64,000 nucleotides of DNA, from NCBI GenBank assembly GCA_900541055.1, contig UQHZ01000005.1:50504-114503 (forward strand), written 5' to 3'. A model generated the notes under the pieces. It worked only from the letters and a program-made list of their open reading frames with translations, did no database searches and was not told the DNA's origin. Each line of letters starts with the position of its first letter. Within the stretch, counting starts at the first letter, position 1. A program made the position numbers and the translations under genes. The stretch is from an uncultured Collinsella sp. (lineage in GTDB: Bacteria; Actinomycetota; Coriobacteriia; Coriobacteriales; Coriobacteriaceae). Of this stretch, positions 34,925-45,891 are shown piece by piece.

Positions 34925-35680
34925 TTAGCTCATACTGCTCTGATGGGTCTCGCTGCCGTTATTGCGGCGTGTGACCGTTTCGTGGAGTAAAAAGAAGCTG
35001 GGAACCTGCTTTGTCTCGGTGTATTCCATAAGGATACCGTCGGCGTTGTAGGTCTGCCCGCGTACAACGGCGAGTGCGTTAAAGTCGTCGAGATCGAGCA
35101 CGCGTGCATCCTCGGGCGTGGGATGCTCAATCGTTACATCGCGTTTGCCCGTGGCAATCTTAATGCCAAGGTCTTCTTCGAGGTAACGATAGATCGAGTC
35201 GTTGACAATCTCGGGTGTCAGCCCCGGTACCTGTGAGCTTAGGTAATAGGAGTCGTCGGAGCACACGGCCCGTCCGTCTGCATAACGGATGCGTTTGGCG
35301 CGTGTGAGCTCACAGCCTTCAGGAAACCCGGTAATCTTGGAGAGCGCCTTGTTGCAAACGAGGAGCTCAAAGACAGTGGTAACCGTTTTGAGCTCAAAGC
35401 CTCGGCTGGCTGCGATTTCCTTAAAGGTCTCGAGTCCGCCGCCACCACGATTCGTCTCGTCACTGATGTTGCGAATGACGCGCATGCCTTTGCCTTGCTG
35501 GGGGAGCACGTAACCATCTGCCGCAAGCATCGAGATGGCGCGACGGACCGTCATGCGCGAACAGTCAAACAGCTGCGTGAGCTCAGTCTCCGAAGGCAGA
35601 TAACTCTGATAGGCGTATGTGCCGTCGTCAATCGACTGCTTCACGTTGTCATAAATAGTTTGGAAGATGGCTCGCGCCAC
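34925..35680 (-). CDS. GntR-family transcriptional regulator, HutC subfamily (UTRA effector domain)
   Basis: N-terminal winged HTH (LPSETELTQLFDCSRMTVRRAISMLAADGYV) and a C-terminus of UTRA length. Confidence 0.85.
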   Translation of the reverse strand: MARAIFQTIYDNVKQSIDDGTYAYQSYLPSETELTQLFDCSRMTVRRAISMLAADGYVLPQQGKGMRVIRNISDETNRGGGGLETFKEIAASRGFELKTVTTVFELLVCNKALSKITGFPEGCELTRAKRIRYADGRAVCSDDSYYLSSQVPGLTPEIVNDSIYRYLEEDLGIKIATGKRDVTIEHPTPEDARVLDLDDFNALAVVRGQTYNADGILMEYTETKQVPSFFLLHETVTRRNNGSETHQSSMS

Positions 35681-35745
35681 GACGGTCTCCTAGAGCTGAG
35701 TGCGCGAGCGGTGGATGAGGACCGCTCGCGCAGGTGTCGATCGAT

Positions 35746-36771
35746 TTACTTGCTGGGGTCGATTATATATTTACCCATGGCACGCAGAGCTGGGTCTGAC
35801 AGGATGGCGCCGAGTTCGTCGAGGGAAGCCACCTTGGCGACCATCGAGGATACGTCGAGCCTGCCAGAGTCGATGAGCTCGAGCGCGCGACGCTGCGTAT
35901 AAGGGTTAATGTAGGACGAAGTAAGCACAAGCTCCTTCTGGAAGACCTCGAAGGGCTTGACGGTGATTGTCTCATCGGGCTTGGTGAGGCCGAACATCAT
36001 GACCGTAGCCTTGTGGCCGGCGATCTGGATGGCCTGCTCGATGGTGACGGGCTTGCCAACACACTCGATAACGACATCGACGTTGCCGACGCCCTCCTGC
36101 TTCAGGCGGGCCGGGACGTCCTCGTGGATGGAATCAATTGCCAGGTCGGCGCCGAGTTTGAGCGCAACCTCGCGCTTGCCTTCGACAGGCTCGAGCAAGA
36201 CAACCTTGGTGGCGCCGGCGTTTTTAGCAAGCTGCATCATGAGCAGACCGATCATGCCACCGCCGATAACGACAACTGTGCTGCCGGGCTTGATGTTGCA
36301 CATATCGATGCCGTGCAGGCAGCAGGCGACGGGCTCGGTCATGGCGCCCTGCTCGAAGCTGGTGTGATCGCCCAACTTGTAGACTTGCTGCATATCGACG
36401 GAGCAGTACTCGGCAAAGCCGCCGTTAACGGTGGTGCCGTAACCGGTCATATGCTCGCAGTAGTGGTTGATTCCGTCGCGGCAGGGTTCGCAGCAGCCGC
36501 AGGGATGGTTTGGGTCGATGCACACGCGATCGCCCGGTTTAAAGCCGGTGACATCGCTGCCCACGGCCTCGACAACGCCGGCGAACTCATGACCAAGGAT
36601 CGTGGGCGGGGTAACGTCGGCCGCACCCTTGTCGCCTTCATAGATATGAACGTCGGTACCGCAGACGCCGCAAGCTTTGACGTTGATCAGAACGTCGCGC
36701 CTGCCCACGGCCGGCTTTGCCGATTCCTCGACTCTGAGGTCGTGCTTTCCATAGAAGACCGCGCTTTTCAT
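35746..36771 (-). CDS. zinc-dependent medium-chain polyol/alcohol dehydrogenase (sorbitol or threonine dehydrogenase-like)
   Basis: GVCGTDVH, GHEFAG, the structural-Zn cysteine cluster CGCCEPC and the Rossmann motif VIGGGMIG. Confidence 0.85.
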   Translation of the reverse strand: MKSAVFYGKHDLRVEESAKPAVGRRDVLINVKACGVCGTDVHIYEGDKGAADVTPPTILGHEFAGVVEAVGSDVTGFKPGDRVCIDPNHPCGCCEPCRDGINHYCEHMTGYGTTVNGGFAEYCSVDMQQVYKLGDHTSFEQGAMTEPVACCLHGIDMCNIKPGSTVVVIGGGMIGLLMMQLAKNAGATKVVLLEPVEGKREVALKLGADLAIDSIHEDVPARLKQEGVGNVDVVIECVGKPVTIEQAIQIAGHKATVMMFGLTKPDETITVKPFEVFQKELVLTSSYINPYTQRRALELIDSGRLDVSSMVAKVASLDELGAILSDPALRAMGKYIIDPSK

Positions 36772-36817
36772 GGTGACTCCTTAACGTGGCGGTGAATGTT
36801 GTAATGAAGTATAGGCA

Positions 36818-36851
36818 TGTCTATAGATATAGACAAGCACATCTAGACAAG
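36818..36851. promoter_or_regulatory. HutC/GntR-type operator candidates in a divergent promoter region
   Basis: TGTCTATAGATATAGACA (8-bp palindromic arms) is immediately followed by ATCTAGACAAG. The GT.TA.AC-like half-sites resemble HutC-subfamily operators. Confidence 0.45.
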
Positions 36852-36969
36852 TAGAAAAGAAAAATGAAATGCAGCCATCAGCTATGTCAGATTTAAACAG
36901 GCGAAATACTGGCCATATACCGTTTACGGCCAATAATCAACCGTTTACCGACCGTAATATTTATGCTAA

Positions 36970-36980
36970 CTTGTCTAGAT
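36970..36980. promoter_or_regulatory. third operator-like half-site, an inverted copy of 36841-36851
   Basis: CTTGTCTAGAT is the reverse complement of ATCTAGACAAG. Confidence 0.4.
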
Positions 36981-37129
36981 AAGTGATATGATAAAAAATG
37001 AAGCGCAAGAAGTCAGGGAAGCGGGCCCACCCGTCCTATTGCACGAGGTACACGCAAACGGCGCGTCTGCGGTCTCGAGTGAAGCCAAAACCGCAGTCGC
37101 TCCGAATGAAGAGAGGGGGATTCCCCGTC

Positions 37130-38740
37130 ATGATGCAAAAGATACAACGTTTCGGCGGTGCAATGTACACGCCTGCAATTCTTTTCGCATTTTCCGGAAT
37201 CGTCGTCGGCCTGGGTACGTTGTTTACCACCGAGGCGATCTTTGGCGAGATGGCCACTGCGGGCCATCTTTGGTTTGATTGCTGGAATGTGCTGCTCCAG
37301 GGTGGTTGGACGCTCTTTAACCAGATGCCGTTGCTGTTTTGCGTAGCGTTGCCAATCTCGCTCGCGAACAAGCAGAATGCTCGCTGCTGCATGGAGGCTT
37401 TGGCCATCTACCTTACCTTCAACTACTTTGTAAGCACAATCTTGGGGCAGTGGGGCCCTGTCTTTGGGGTCGACTACTCTGTCGAGGCGGGCAGCGGTAC
37501 TGGTCTTGCCACTATCGCAAGCATCAAAACGCTTGATATGGGCATCATGGGCGCACTCATTATCTCTGGTATCGCCACGATGCTGCATAATAAGTTCTTC
37601 GACACCGAGCTCCCCGAGTGGTTGGGTGTGTTCTCGGGTTCCGTGTTCATCTATATGATCGGTTTCTTCGTTATGGTTCCGGTCGCTCTTATCGCCTGCC
37701 TGGTGTGGCCGCATGTTCAGGCTGCTATCTCCGCCTTCCAGGGATTCATCCTTTCCGCCGGTACGTTTGGCGTGGGTGTCTTTGCTTTCTTCGAGCGCGT
37801 GCTGATCCCTACAGGCCTGCACCACTTTATCTATACGCCGTTCTATTACGACAACGCGGCGGTCAACGGCGGCATCTTTGCTGCTTGGGCCAACATCCTG
37901 CCCCAACTGGCTGCCGATCCGAGCATTGCTCTTAAGGATGCCGCACCCTGGGCTGCCTATACCTGCCCTGGTTGGACTAAGGTCTTCGGCTCGCTTGGCG
38001 TCGCCATTGCGTTTTATATGACCGCCAAACCCGAGCGCAAGCAGCGCGTCAAGGCTCTGCTGATCCCGGTCACCCTTACCGCTATGCTTTGCGGTATCAC
38101 CGAGCCGCTTGACTTCACCTTCCTGTTCATCGCGCCCGGCCTGTTCGTCGTCCACTGCGTGCTCGGAGCGCTTGGCTGCATGGCTCAAAACCTCCTTGGC
38201 GTCGTGGGCATCTTCGACGGCGGCATCATCTCGATGCTCTCGTGGGACTGGCTGCCCCTTTGGGCCGCACACGGTCTGCAGTACGCCATCTCCATCCTTG
38301 TCGGTCTGTGCTTTACCGCCCTTTGGGTCGTGGTCTTCCGTTTCCTGATCGTCAAGTTCGACTTTAAGACCCCCGGTCGCGAGGATGACGATGTTGAGGT
38401 CGAGCTCAAGTCCAAGGCCGACTACAAGCAAAAGCAGGGCGGTGCTGCTGCTGGCAAATCGGTCGCCCAGAGTAAGGATGATGAGCGCTTGGTGCTTGCC
38501 GAGAACATCCTCGATCTGCTCGGTGGCGCGGATAACATCATCGATGTAACTAACTGCGCTACCCGTCTGCGCGTTAACGTCAAGGACAAGAGCGTCGTTG
38601 CACCCGAGGCTTCCTTCAAGGCGATCGGTACGCATGGCTTGGTGGTCCAAGGTCAGTCAATCCAGGTCATCATCGGCCTTACCGTCCCGCAGGTTCGCGA
38701 GAAGTTCGAGAGTCTTCTGAAGTTCGAGAGTCTTCTGTAA
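37130..38740 (+). CDS. PTS alpha-glucoside/maltose-type transporter, EIICB
   Basis: N-terminal EIIC membrane domain (MQKIQRFGGAMYTPAILFAFSGIV) and C-terminal EIIB with CATRLR. It sits upstream of a GlvA-type 6-phospho-alpha-glucosidase gene. Start set at the ATG at 37130. Confidence 0.85.
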   Translation: MMQKIQRFGGAMYTPAILFAFSGIVVGLGTLFTTEAIFGEMATAGHLWFDCWNVLLQGGWTLFNQMPLLFCVALPISLANKQNARCCMEALAIYLTFNYFVSTILGQWGPVFGVDYSVEAGSGTGLATIASIKTLDMGIMGALIISGIATMLHNKFFDTELPEWLGVFSGSVFIYMIGFFVMVPVALIACLVWPHVQAAISAFQGFILSAGTFGVGVFAFFERVLIPTGLHHFIYTPFYYDNAAVNGGIFAAWANILPQLAADPSIALKDAAPWAAYTCPGWTKVFGSLGVAIAFYMTAKPERKQRVKALLIPVTLTAMLCGITEPLDFTFLFIAPGLFVVHCVLGALGCMAQNLLGVVGIFDGGIISMLSWDWLPLWAAHGLQYAISILVGLCFTALWVVVFRFLIVKFDFKTPGREDDDVEVELKSKADYKQKQGGAAAGKSVAQSKDDERLVLAENILDLLGGADNIIDVTNCATRLRVNVKDKSVVAPEASFKAIGTHGLVVQGQSIQVIIGLTVPQVREKFESLLKFESLL

Positions 38741-38868
38741 ACCATCGTCCATCGAAACAATCGGCCTTGCAGAGCCGGTATGCACCGCAAGGCCGATTCT
38801 AGAGATAAAAAACTCCACTTCTAGGTAACAATTCCAAACCGTACAGGCCGCGTGCGGGGATGGATTGA

Positions 38869-40239
<1,371 letters not shown>

Positions 40240-40366
40240 GGACTACTGTCTCGAACCCTCACGCATCTCTGCTTCATTTGCGCCGCCGCGGTGTCCGGAT
40301 TCGCCCGGATGCTGCGGCGGCGCTATACTTATACGGTTTGAAGTACCTGTACCAAAAGGAGCTGTC

Positions 40367-41443
40367 GTGTCCCTTTCCATCGGTATCGTGGGCCTGCCCA
40401 ACGTGGGCAAGTCGACGCTGTTCACCGCGCTTACCAAAAAGACCGGCCTTGCCGCCAACTACCCGTTTGCCACGATCGACCCCAACGTGGGTATCGTCGA
40501 TGTGCCCGATAGCCGCCTGCAAAAGCTCGCCGACATCGTCAACCCCGGCCGCATTGTGCCGGCTACGGTCGAGTTCGTCGACATCGCAGGCCTGGTGAAG
40601 GGTGCCAACGAGGGCGAGGGTCTGGGCAACCAGTTCTTGGCAAACATCCGCGAGACCGACGCCATCTGCGAGGTCGTGCGCTACTTTAAGGATCCCAACG
40701 TCATGCGTGAGGTGGGCCGCACGGGTGAGTTCGTCGATCCCGCCGGCGATGCCGACACCATCATGACCGAGCTCATCCTGGCCGACATGGGCACGCTCGA
40801 GAAGCAACTGCCCAAGCTCGAGAAGGAGGCCAAGCGCGACAAGGAGCTCATGCCCAAGTTCGAGGTGGCCAAGCGCCTGCTTGCCTGGCTCAACGAGGGC
40901 AAGCGCGCCGCATCCATGGAGATGACCGACGAGGAGCGTGCTGCCGCCAAGGGCCTGTTCCTGCTCACTATGAAGCCCATCCTGTATGTGGCCAATGTGG
41001 ACGAGGATATGCTCAACGAGGATCTGGCGCCCATCGATGGCGTCAAGCCGCTGCCGATTTGCGCCAAGATTGAGGCCGAGCTTTCCGAGCTCGATCCCGA
41101 GGATGCGGCCGACTACCTGGAGAGCTTGGGCCTGGAGCAGCCCGGTCTGGACGTGCTCGCGCAGGCCGCTTACAAGCTGCTCGGCCTGCAGTCGTTCTTT
41201 ACGGCCGGCGAGATGGAGGTCAAGGCCTGGACGGTTCGTCAGGGCGCGACCGCCCCGCAGGCCGCCGGCGTCATCCACACCGATTTTGAACGCGGCTTTA
41301 TTAAGGCCGAGGTTATTGGCTACGACGACTACATCGAGCTCGGCGGCGAGCAGGGCGCCAAGGCCGCCGGCAAGCTGCGTATTGAGGGCAAGGACTATGT
41401 CATGGCCGATGGCGACGTCGTGCACTTCCGCTTTAACGTGTAA
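40367..41443 (+). CDS. ychF: redox-regulated ATPase YchF
   Basis: [19 protein letters not shown]-loop, DIAGLVKGA, and a C-terminal TGS-like [16 protein letters not shown] start after AAAAGGAG. Confidence 0.9.
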   Translation: MSLSIGIVGLPNVGKSTLFTALTKKTGLAANYPFATIDPNVGIVDVPDSRLQKLADIVNPGRIVPATVEFVDIAGLVKGANEGEGLGNQFLANIRETDAICEVVRYFKDPNVMREVGRTGEFVDPAGDADTIMTELILADMGTLEKQLPKLEKEAKRDKELMPKFEVAKRLLAWLNEGKRAASMEMTDEERAAAKGLFLLTMKPILYVANVDEDMLNEDLAPIDGVKPLPICAKIEAELSELDPEDAADYLESLGLEQPGLDVLAQAAYKLLGLQSFFTAGEMEVKAWTVRQGATAPQAAGVIHTDFERGFIKAEVIGYDDYIELGGEQGAKAAGKLRIEGKDYVMADGDVVHFRFNV

Positions 41444-41454
41444 GGACGACGCAT

Positions 41455-41838
41455 ATGTTTAAATATGGCAAAAAAGCTGGCTACATGGGTATTGCGCTGC
41501 TCGTGCTTGCGGTGATTCCGCTGGTGGTCGCAGCGTTTGTGATCCCCAACATTGGTCCCGAGGTGGCAACAAAGTTTAATGCTGCCGGCGAGGCGACGCG
41601 CTGGGGCAAGAGCTACGAGTTGCTGGCATTGCCGGTGCTCAACCTGCTGCTGAGCGTGGCGACGTACTTTACGGCGGGACGCCAGGCTAAAAACAATGAT
41701 GACTCCGCCGCCATGGCGCGCATCGTGTGCGAGCGCTACCTGCGCAACGGTTGCATCACGGGTGTGTTCCTCAACGTGGTCAACGTTTACTTTATGTACT
41801 CGGCGATTACCGGAACGGGCTTTGGCCTTGGTTTCTAG
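41455..41838 (+). CDS. small membrane protein (DUF1648/SdpI-like N-terminus)
   Basis: 127 aa with three predicted hydrophobic helices. It starts 11 nt after ychF. Confidence 0.55.
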   Translation: MFKYGKKAGYMGIALLVLAVIPLVVAAFVIPNIGPEVATKFNAAGEATRWGKSYELLALPVLNLLLSVATYFTAGRQAKNNDDSAAMARIVCERYLRNGCITGVFLNVVNVYFMYSAITGTGFGLGF

Positions 41839-41847
41839 CTTGTCCTT

Positions 41848-42261
41848 TTAGGCAACGAGCCTGCACATATATTCAATGGCTGCTGCGAGGCCGCCGCTCG
41901 ATCGTGGTTGAAAGACCATGTCGGCGGCGGCCTCGTTCTCGTATCCGGCACCGCGAAGGGCGAGTGCGATGCCGGCTTCCAGGAGAAGGGGCAGACCGCG
42001 TTGGCTGGTTGCGATTACGGCAGCCTGATTGAGCGAGCAGCTGTGCGCTTGGCATTGGATGGCAAGTTCACCTTGCGCCGGGCAAGGGACCAGAACAGCG
42101 GCGACGCGACTTGATAGCAATGCAAATGCTGTGCGCTCATCGGGCGAAAGGCATTCTGCTTCAACGACGACGAGCTTGGGCGGTGCGCTGTTTGTGCGAA
42201 GCGTGGCTCGGTACATGCGGACCGAAGAACCCGACATAGAAAACTCCTGTGTATTCGGCAA
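41848..42261 (-). CDS. hypothetical protein, divergent from a small XRE regulator
   Basis: 137-aa ORF with no recognised family. It is retained because it shares a palindrome-containing promoter region with the HTH gene. The start is uncertain (an alternative ATG lies 8 codons in). Confidence 0.35.
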   Translation of the reverse strand: MPNTQEFSMSGSSVRMYRATLRTNSAPPKLVVVEAECLSPDERTAFALLSSRVAAVLVPCPAQGELAIQCQAHSCSLNQAAVIATSQRGLPLLLEAGIALALRGAGYENEAAADMVFQPRSSGGLAAAIEYMCRLVA

Positions 42262-42284
42262 AACGTAAACTATAGTTTACGTTT
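42261..42284. promoter_or_regulatory. perfect 24-bp palindrome, candidate operator
   Basis: AAACGTAAACTATAGTTTACGTTT lies between the divergent 41848-42261 ORF and the XRE gene. Confidence 0.55.
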
Positions 42285-42313
42285 ATGTTCGGCTCCATTT
42301 CAAACTCGGCTGC

Positions 42314-42532
42314 ATGGACGAACGTGCGAAACAGATTCTTGGCAGGCGGGTCGAAGAGACACGCAGGGACCTTGGTATCTCCAAGGTTGATTTTTGTGTG
42401 GCGACAGGAATCAGCCGACCCTACCTCGACCGAATCGAAGATGGGACGGCAAATTTCACGCTCAAGGTTCTATTTAAGATCGCGCCCGCACTCGGCATGA
42501 CGGTGTCAGAACTTCTCGAGGGTATCGAATAG
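42314..42532 (+). CDS. XRE-family helix-turn-helix transcriptional regulator
   Basis: 72 aa. LGRRVEETRRDLGISKVDFCVATGISRPYLDRIEDG is a classic Cro/C1 HTH. Confidence 0.7.
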   Translation: MDERAKQILGRRVEETRRDLGISKVDFCVATGISRPYLDRIEDGTANFTLKVLFKIAPALGMTVSELLEGIE

Positions 42533-42567
42533 GGCGTTCCTCGCTGCTAATTGACGCTCTTTGGGCG

Positions 42568-42811
42568 GGTCCCCCTGGTTTCGATGTGCAAAATCGCGAG
42601 TATTCAGCACTTGTTCAGCCGTAGATGGTAGCTCGAGCGGCTGGCTTTGCCTTTTTGACAGTAGTTAATCCACACGCTTAATAAAAATGTGGAATAAATA
42701 TTTACTAGACGGCCTCTTCGCCCTAAAAGTTCGTCTAACAATCGGCCGATTCTATGTCTCCGGCGGAGAAATTGCAGAATACTCCGATTTTTGCACGGCC
42801 CGAGGGGGACC
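42568..42811. repeat. MITE-like element of about 244 bp with roughly 36-bp imperfect terminal inverted repeats
   Basis: GGTCCCCCTGGTTTCGATGTGCAAAATCGCGAGTATTC (left) pairs with GAATACTCCGATTTTTGCACGGCCCGAGGGGGACC (right). The interior is AT-rich and has no credible ORF. Confidence 0.55.
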
Positions 42812-42853
42812 ACCTGTCGTTTGAGGCTGCGATAAGTGGAACTGCCTTAGGGA

Positions 42854-43867
42854 TTACGCCATCGGGATGCGGTCGTGGTTGACTTGGCTGTAGAACAGGC
42901 GCTGAATCTCGGCCGCATCACGTGACTGGCCGAGTGCCCACATGGTTTTGGCCACGAGCGTCTCGGTGGTCATATCATCGCCGCGCAGAATGCCCGGATG
43001 ATCGGCGTAAGCGCGGCCGACCTCATAAACGCCCAGATCGAGGCCCTCTTCGGGGACCTGCGTGGTCATAACGACGGTGCGACCCGAATCGACCCAGCGG
43101 AAAATTGCCTCTTGGAACGACTCGCCGGACTCGCCAAACTCGGGAATACCGCCAATGCCAAAGGTCTCCAGAATCACGGCGTCGTAGCTGTCGGCAAGGG
43201 CGTCGAGGATGCCCGGGTTCTCGCCGGGCGTAAGCTTGAGTACAAATACGCGCGGGTCGATGCTGTCGTAGAAACGCACCGGGTTTTCGCCCTGATGAGT
43301 GCCGTGGAGCCCGTTGCGCACGATGCGGTCGTTGCGGATGTAGGCAATGGGCGGATAGTTGACGCTAATGAACGCGTTAAAGCTCATGGTGCGCTGCTTG
43401 CGGGCTCGCGTGCCGGCAATGGCGACGCCGCCAAACACGATCGAGACGTCGTGCGAATGCTCGTCGAGCGCATAGAGCAGGCTCTGATACAGATTGAGCT
43501 TGGCGTCGGTAAAGGGATTGCCCATGGGCTTTTGCGAGCCGGTGAGCACGATGGGCTTGGGGCTGTCCTGAATCAGGTAGGAAAGCGCTGCCGCGGTGTA
43601 GCTCATGGTGTCCGTGCCGTGCAGGACCACAAAGCCGTCGTGGTCGGCATAGCCCTCGACGATGACGTCGCGGATACGCATCCAGTCGCTCGGGCGCATA
43701 TTGGTGCTGTCGATGTTCATGGGCTGTACCACGTCGAGCTCGCAGAGGTCCGAGATCTCGGGGACGCTCTGGGCGAGCTCCTCACCGGTCAGGGCGGGGG
43801 AGAGGCCGTTGCCGTCCTCGGTCGATGCGATGGTGCCGCCCGTGGCGATGAGAAGGATGCGCTTCAT
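42854..43867 (-). CDS. ansA: L-asparaginase, type I
   Basis: LIATGGTIAS catalytic threonine motif, HGTDTM and GSQ motifs. Start set at the ATG at 43867. Confidence 0.85.
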   Translation of the reverse strand: MKRILLIATGGTIASTEDGNGLSPALTGEELAQSVPEISDLCELDVVQPMNIDSTNMRPSDWMRIRDVIVEGYADHDGFVVLHGTDTMSYTAAALSYLIQDSPKPIVLTGSQKPMGNPFTDAKLNLYQSLLYALDEHSHDVSIVFGGVAIAGTRARKQRTMSFNAFISVNYPPIAYIRNDRIVRNGLHGTHQGENPVRFYDSIDPRVFVLKLTPGENPGILDALADSYDAVILETFGIGGIPEFGESGESFQEAIFRWVDSGRTVVMTTQVPEEGLDLGVYEVGRAYADHPGILRGDDMTTETLVAKTMWALGQSRDAAEIQRLFYSQVNHDRIPMA

Positions 43868-44134
43868 GCTGGTATTCCTATCGTATTTGCCGCCGCAAGG
43901 GCGGAGTCGTTCGGCAGTATTGTGGCACAGGGCGTCCAATGTTCAAACGTATTACATCATCTGTAACGTTCGGTAACACTTCAATTGCCGTCAAATAGGG
44001 GCCTAGGTCGTGCGTTTGCCGTGCGCTGATGGCTGCGAGGGACGAGAAACCCCATATAACGTGTACACTATGGAAGTTATTCTCGTTTATTCGCGCGGGT
44101 GGGCACCGGCTCCCCGCCAACAAGAGGGGGAACC

Positions 44135-45733
44135 ATGGATCAAAAGGCTTCCGCAAAGGTCCTCGTACTCGACTTTGGTGCGCAGTACGGTCAGCTCATT
44201 GCCCGTCGCGTCCGCGACCTCAACGTGTATTCCGAGATCGTCCCCTGCGACATCTCGGCCGACGAGATTCGCGAGATGAACGCCTCTGCGCTCATCCTTT
44301 CCGGCGGCCCGGCTTCCGTGTATGCCGAGGACGCTCCGTCCATCGATCCTGCCATCTTTGACCTGGGCCTTCCCGTCCTGGGCTTTTGCTACGGCCATCA
44401 GATCACGGCCGTGACGCTCGGCGGCAAGGTCGGCCACTCCGAGGTGGGCGAGTACGGCCGCGCCACCATCACGCGCACGGCCGGCGCCAAGCTCTTTAAC
44501 TCCACGCCTATGGAACAGACCGTGTGGATGAGCCACCGCGACGCCGTTTCCGAGGTGCCCGAGGGCTTTACCGTTACCGCCAGCACTGACGTGTGCCCGG
44601 TTGCTGCCATGGAGTGCGTCGAGCGCAAGATTTTTACCACGCAGTTCCACCCCGAGGTCAAGCATTCCGAGTATGGTCAGCAGCTGCTGAGCAACTTCCT
44701 GTTTGAGATCTGCGGCTTGGAGCCCAACTGGAGCATGGACAACCTGGTCGAGACCATGACGGCCGAGTTCCGCGAGAAGGTCGGCGACGACCGCGTGATT
44801 CTGGCTCTGTCCGGTGGCGTCGACTCCTCTGTCGTGGCTGCGCTGGGCGCTCGCGCCGTGGGCAAGCAGATGACCTGCGTGTTCATCAACCACGGTCTGC
44901 TGCGCAAGGGCGAGCCCGAGCAGGTGGAGGAGGTCTTCACCAAGCAGTTTGACGTCGACTTTATTCACGTTCACGCCGAGGACCGTTATGCCGAGCTTCT
45001 GGCCGGCGTGACCGAGCCCGAGGAGAAGCGCCGCATCATCGGTACGCAGTTCTGGAAAGAGTTCTTCGCGGTTGCTCAGCAGCTCGAGACCGATGGCAAA
45101 CCGGTCAAGTACCTGGCTCAGGGCACCATCTACCCCGACATCATCGAGTCCGGCGCTCGCAAGACGGGTGGCAAGACGGCCACCATCAAGAGCCATCACA
45201 ACCTGATCCCGTTCCCCGAGGGCGTGCACTTCGACCTCATCGAGCCGCTCGATCACTTCTTTAAGGACGAGGTCCGCGCGCTTGGCCTGGCGCTGGGCCT
45301 GCCGGGTCACATCGTGTTCCGTCAGCCTTTCCCGGGCCCGGGTCTGGCCATCCGTATCATCGGTGCAGTCGACAAGGAGAAGCTCGAGATCCTCAAGAAC
45401 GCCGATGCTATCGTGCGCGAGGAGCTGGATGCCTACAACCAGCGTCTGTTTGAGCAGACCGGCGAGCGCAACTCCGAGCACAGCTGCTGGCAGTATTTCG
45501 CGGTCCTGCCCGACATCAAGTCCGTTGGCGTCATGGGCGACGAGCGCACCTATCAGTGCCCGATCATCCTGCGTGCCGTCGAGTCCAGCGATGCCATGAC
45601 CGCCGACTGGGCCAAGCTGCCCTACGACGTACTGGCCCGCATCTCCGGCCGCATCGTTGCCGAGGTCTCCGGCGCCAACCGCGTGTGCTACGACATCACG
45701 TCCAAGCCGCCCGCGACGATTGAGTGGGAGTAG
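44135..45733 (+). CDS. guaA: GMP synthase (glutamine-hydrolysing)
   Basis: GATase domain (LDFGAQYGQLIARRVR, GFCYGHQ), ATP-PPase SGGVDSSV, and the C-terminal dimerisation domain ending in PPATIEWE. Confidence 0.95.
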   Translation: MDQKASAKVLVLDFGAQYGQLIARRVRDLNVYSEIVPCDISADEIREMNASALILSGGPASVYAEDAPSIDPAIFDLGLPVLGFCYGHQITAVTLGGKVGHSEVGEYGRATITRTAGAKLFNSTPMEQTVWMSHRDAVSEVPEGFTVTASTDVCPVAAMECVERKIFTTQFHPEVKHSEYGQQLLSNFLFEICGLEPNWSMDNLVETMTAEFREKVGDDRVILALSGGVDSSVVAALGARAVGKQMTCVFINHGLLRKGEPEQVEEVFTKQFDVDFIHVHAEDRYAELLAGVTEPEEKRRIIGTQFWKEFFAVAQQLETDGKPVKYLAQGTIYPDIIESGARKTGGKTATIKSHHNLIPFPEGVHFDLIEPLDHFFKDEVRALGLALGLPGHIVFRQPFPGPGLAIRIIGAVDKEKLEILKNADAIVREELDAYNQRLFEQTGERNSEHSCWQYFAVLPDIKSVGVMGDERTYQCPIILRAVESSDAMTADWAKLPYDVLARISGRIVAEVSGANRVCYDITSKPPATIEWE

Positions 45734-45848
45734 GCTGATAGGGTTCTGACCTGCATTTTTGAGTGCCGCACTGTGCCGCTGAGTTTCGTTTCGTACGAGA
45801 GTCATGGCAAAGCCGCCAGCGATGTTGGTGAGTAAATACGATAACCGA

Positions 45849-45885
45849 GCCTCCGTTCCCGCGTTGGGACGGAGGCTTTTTCTTT
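45849..45885 (+). terminator. rho-independent terminator after guaA
   Basis: GCCTCCGT..GGGACGGAGGC hairpin followed by TTTTTCTTTG. Confidence 0.75.
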
Positions 45886-45891
45886 GTCGTT

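Noticed and set aside
38778-38815. Hairpin AATCGGCCTTGC..GCAAGGCCGATT between the PTS gene and glvA, as a possible terminator or antiterminator target.
   Set aside because: It is not followed by a T-run and does not resemble the RAT sequences I know. It may be an mRNA-stabilising or processing hairpin, but that is unsupported.
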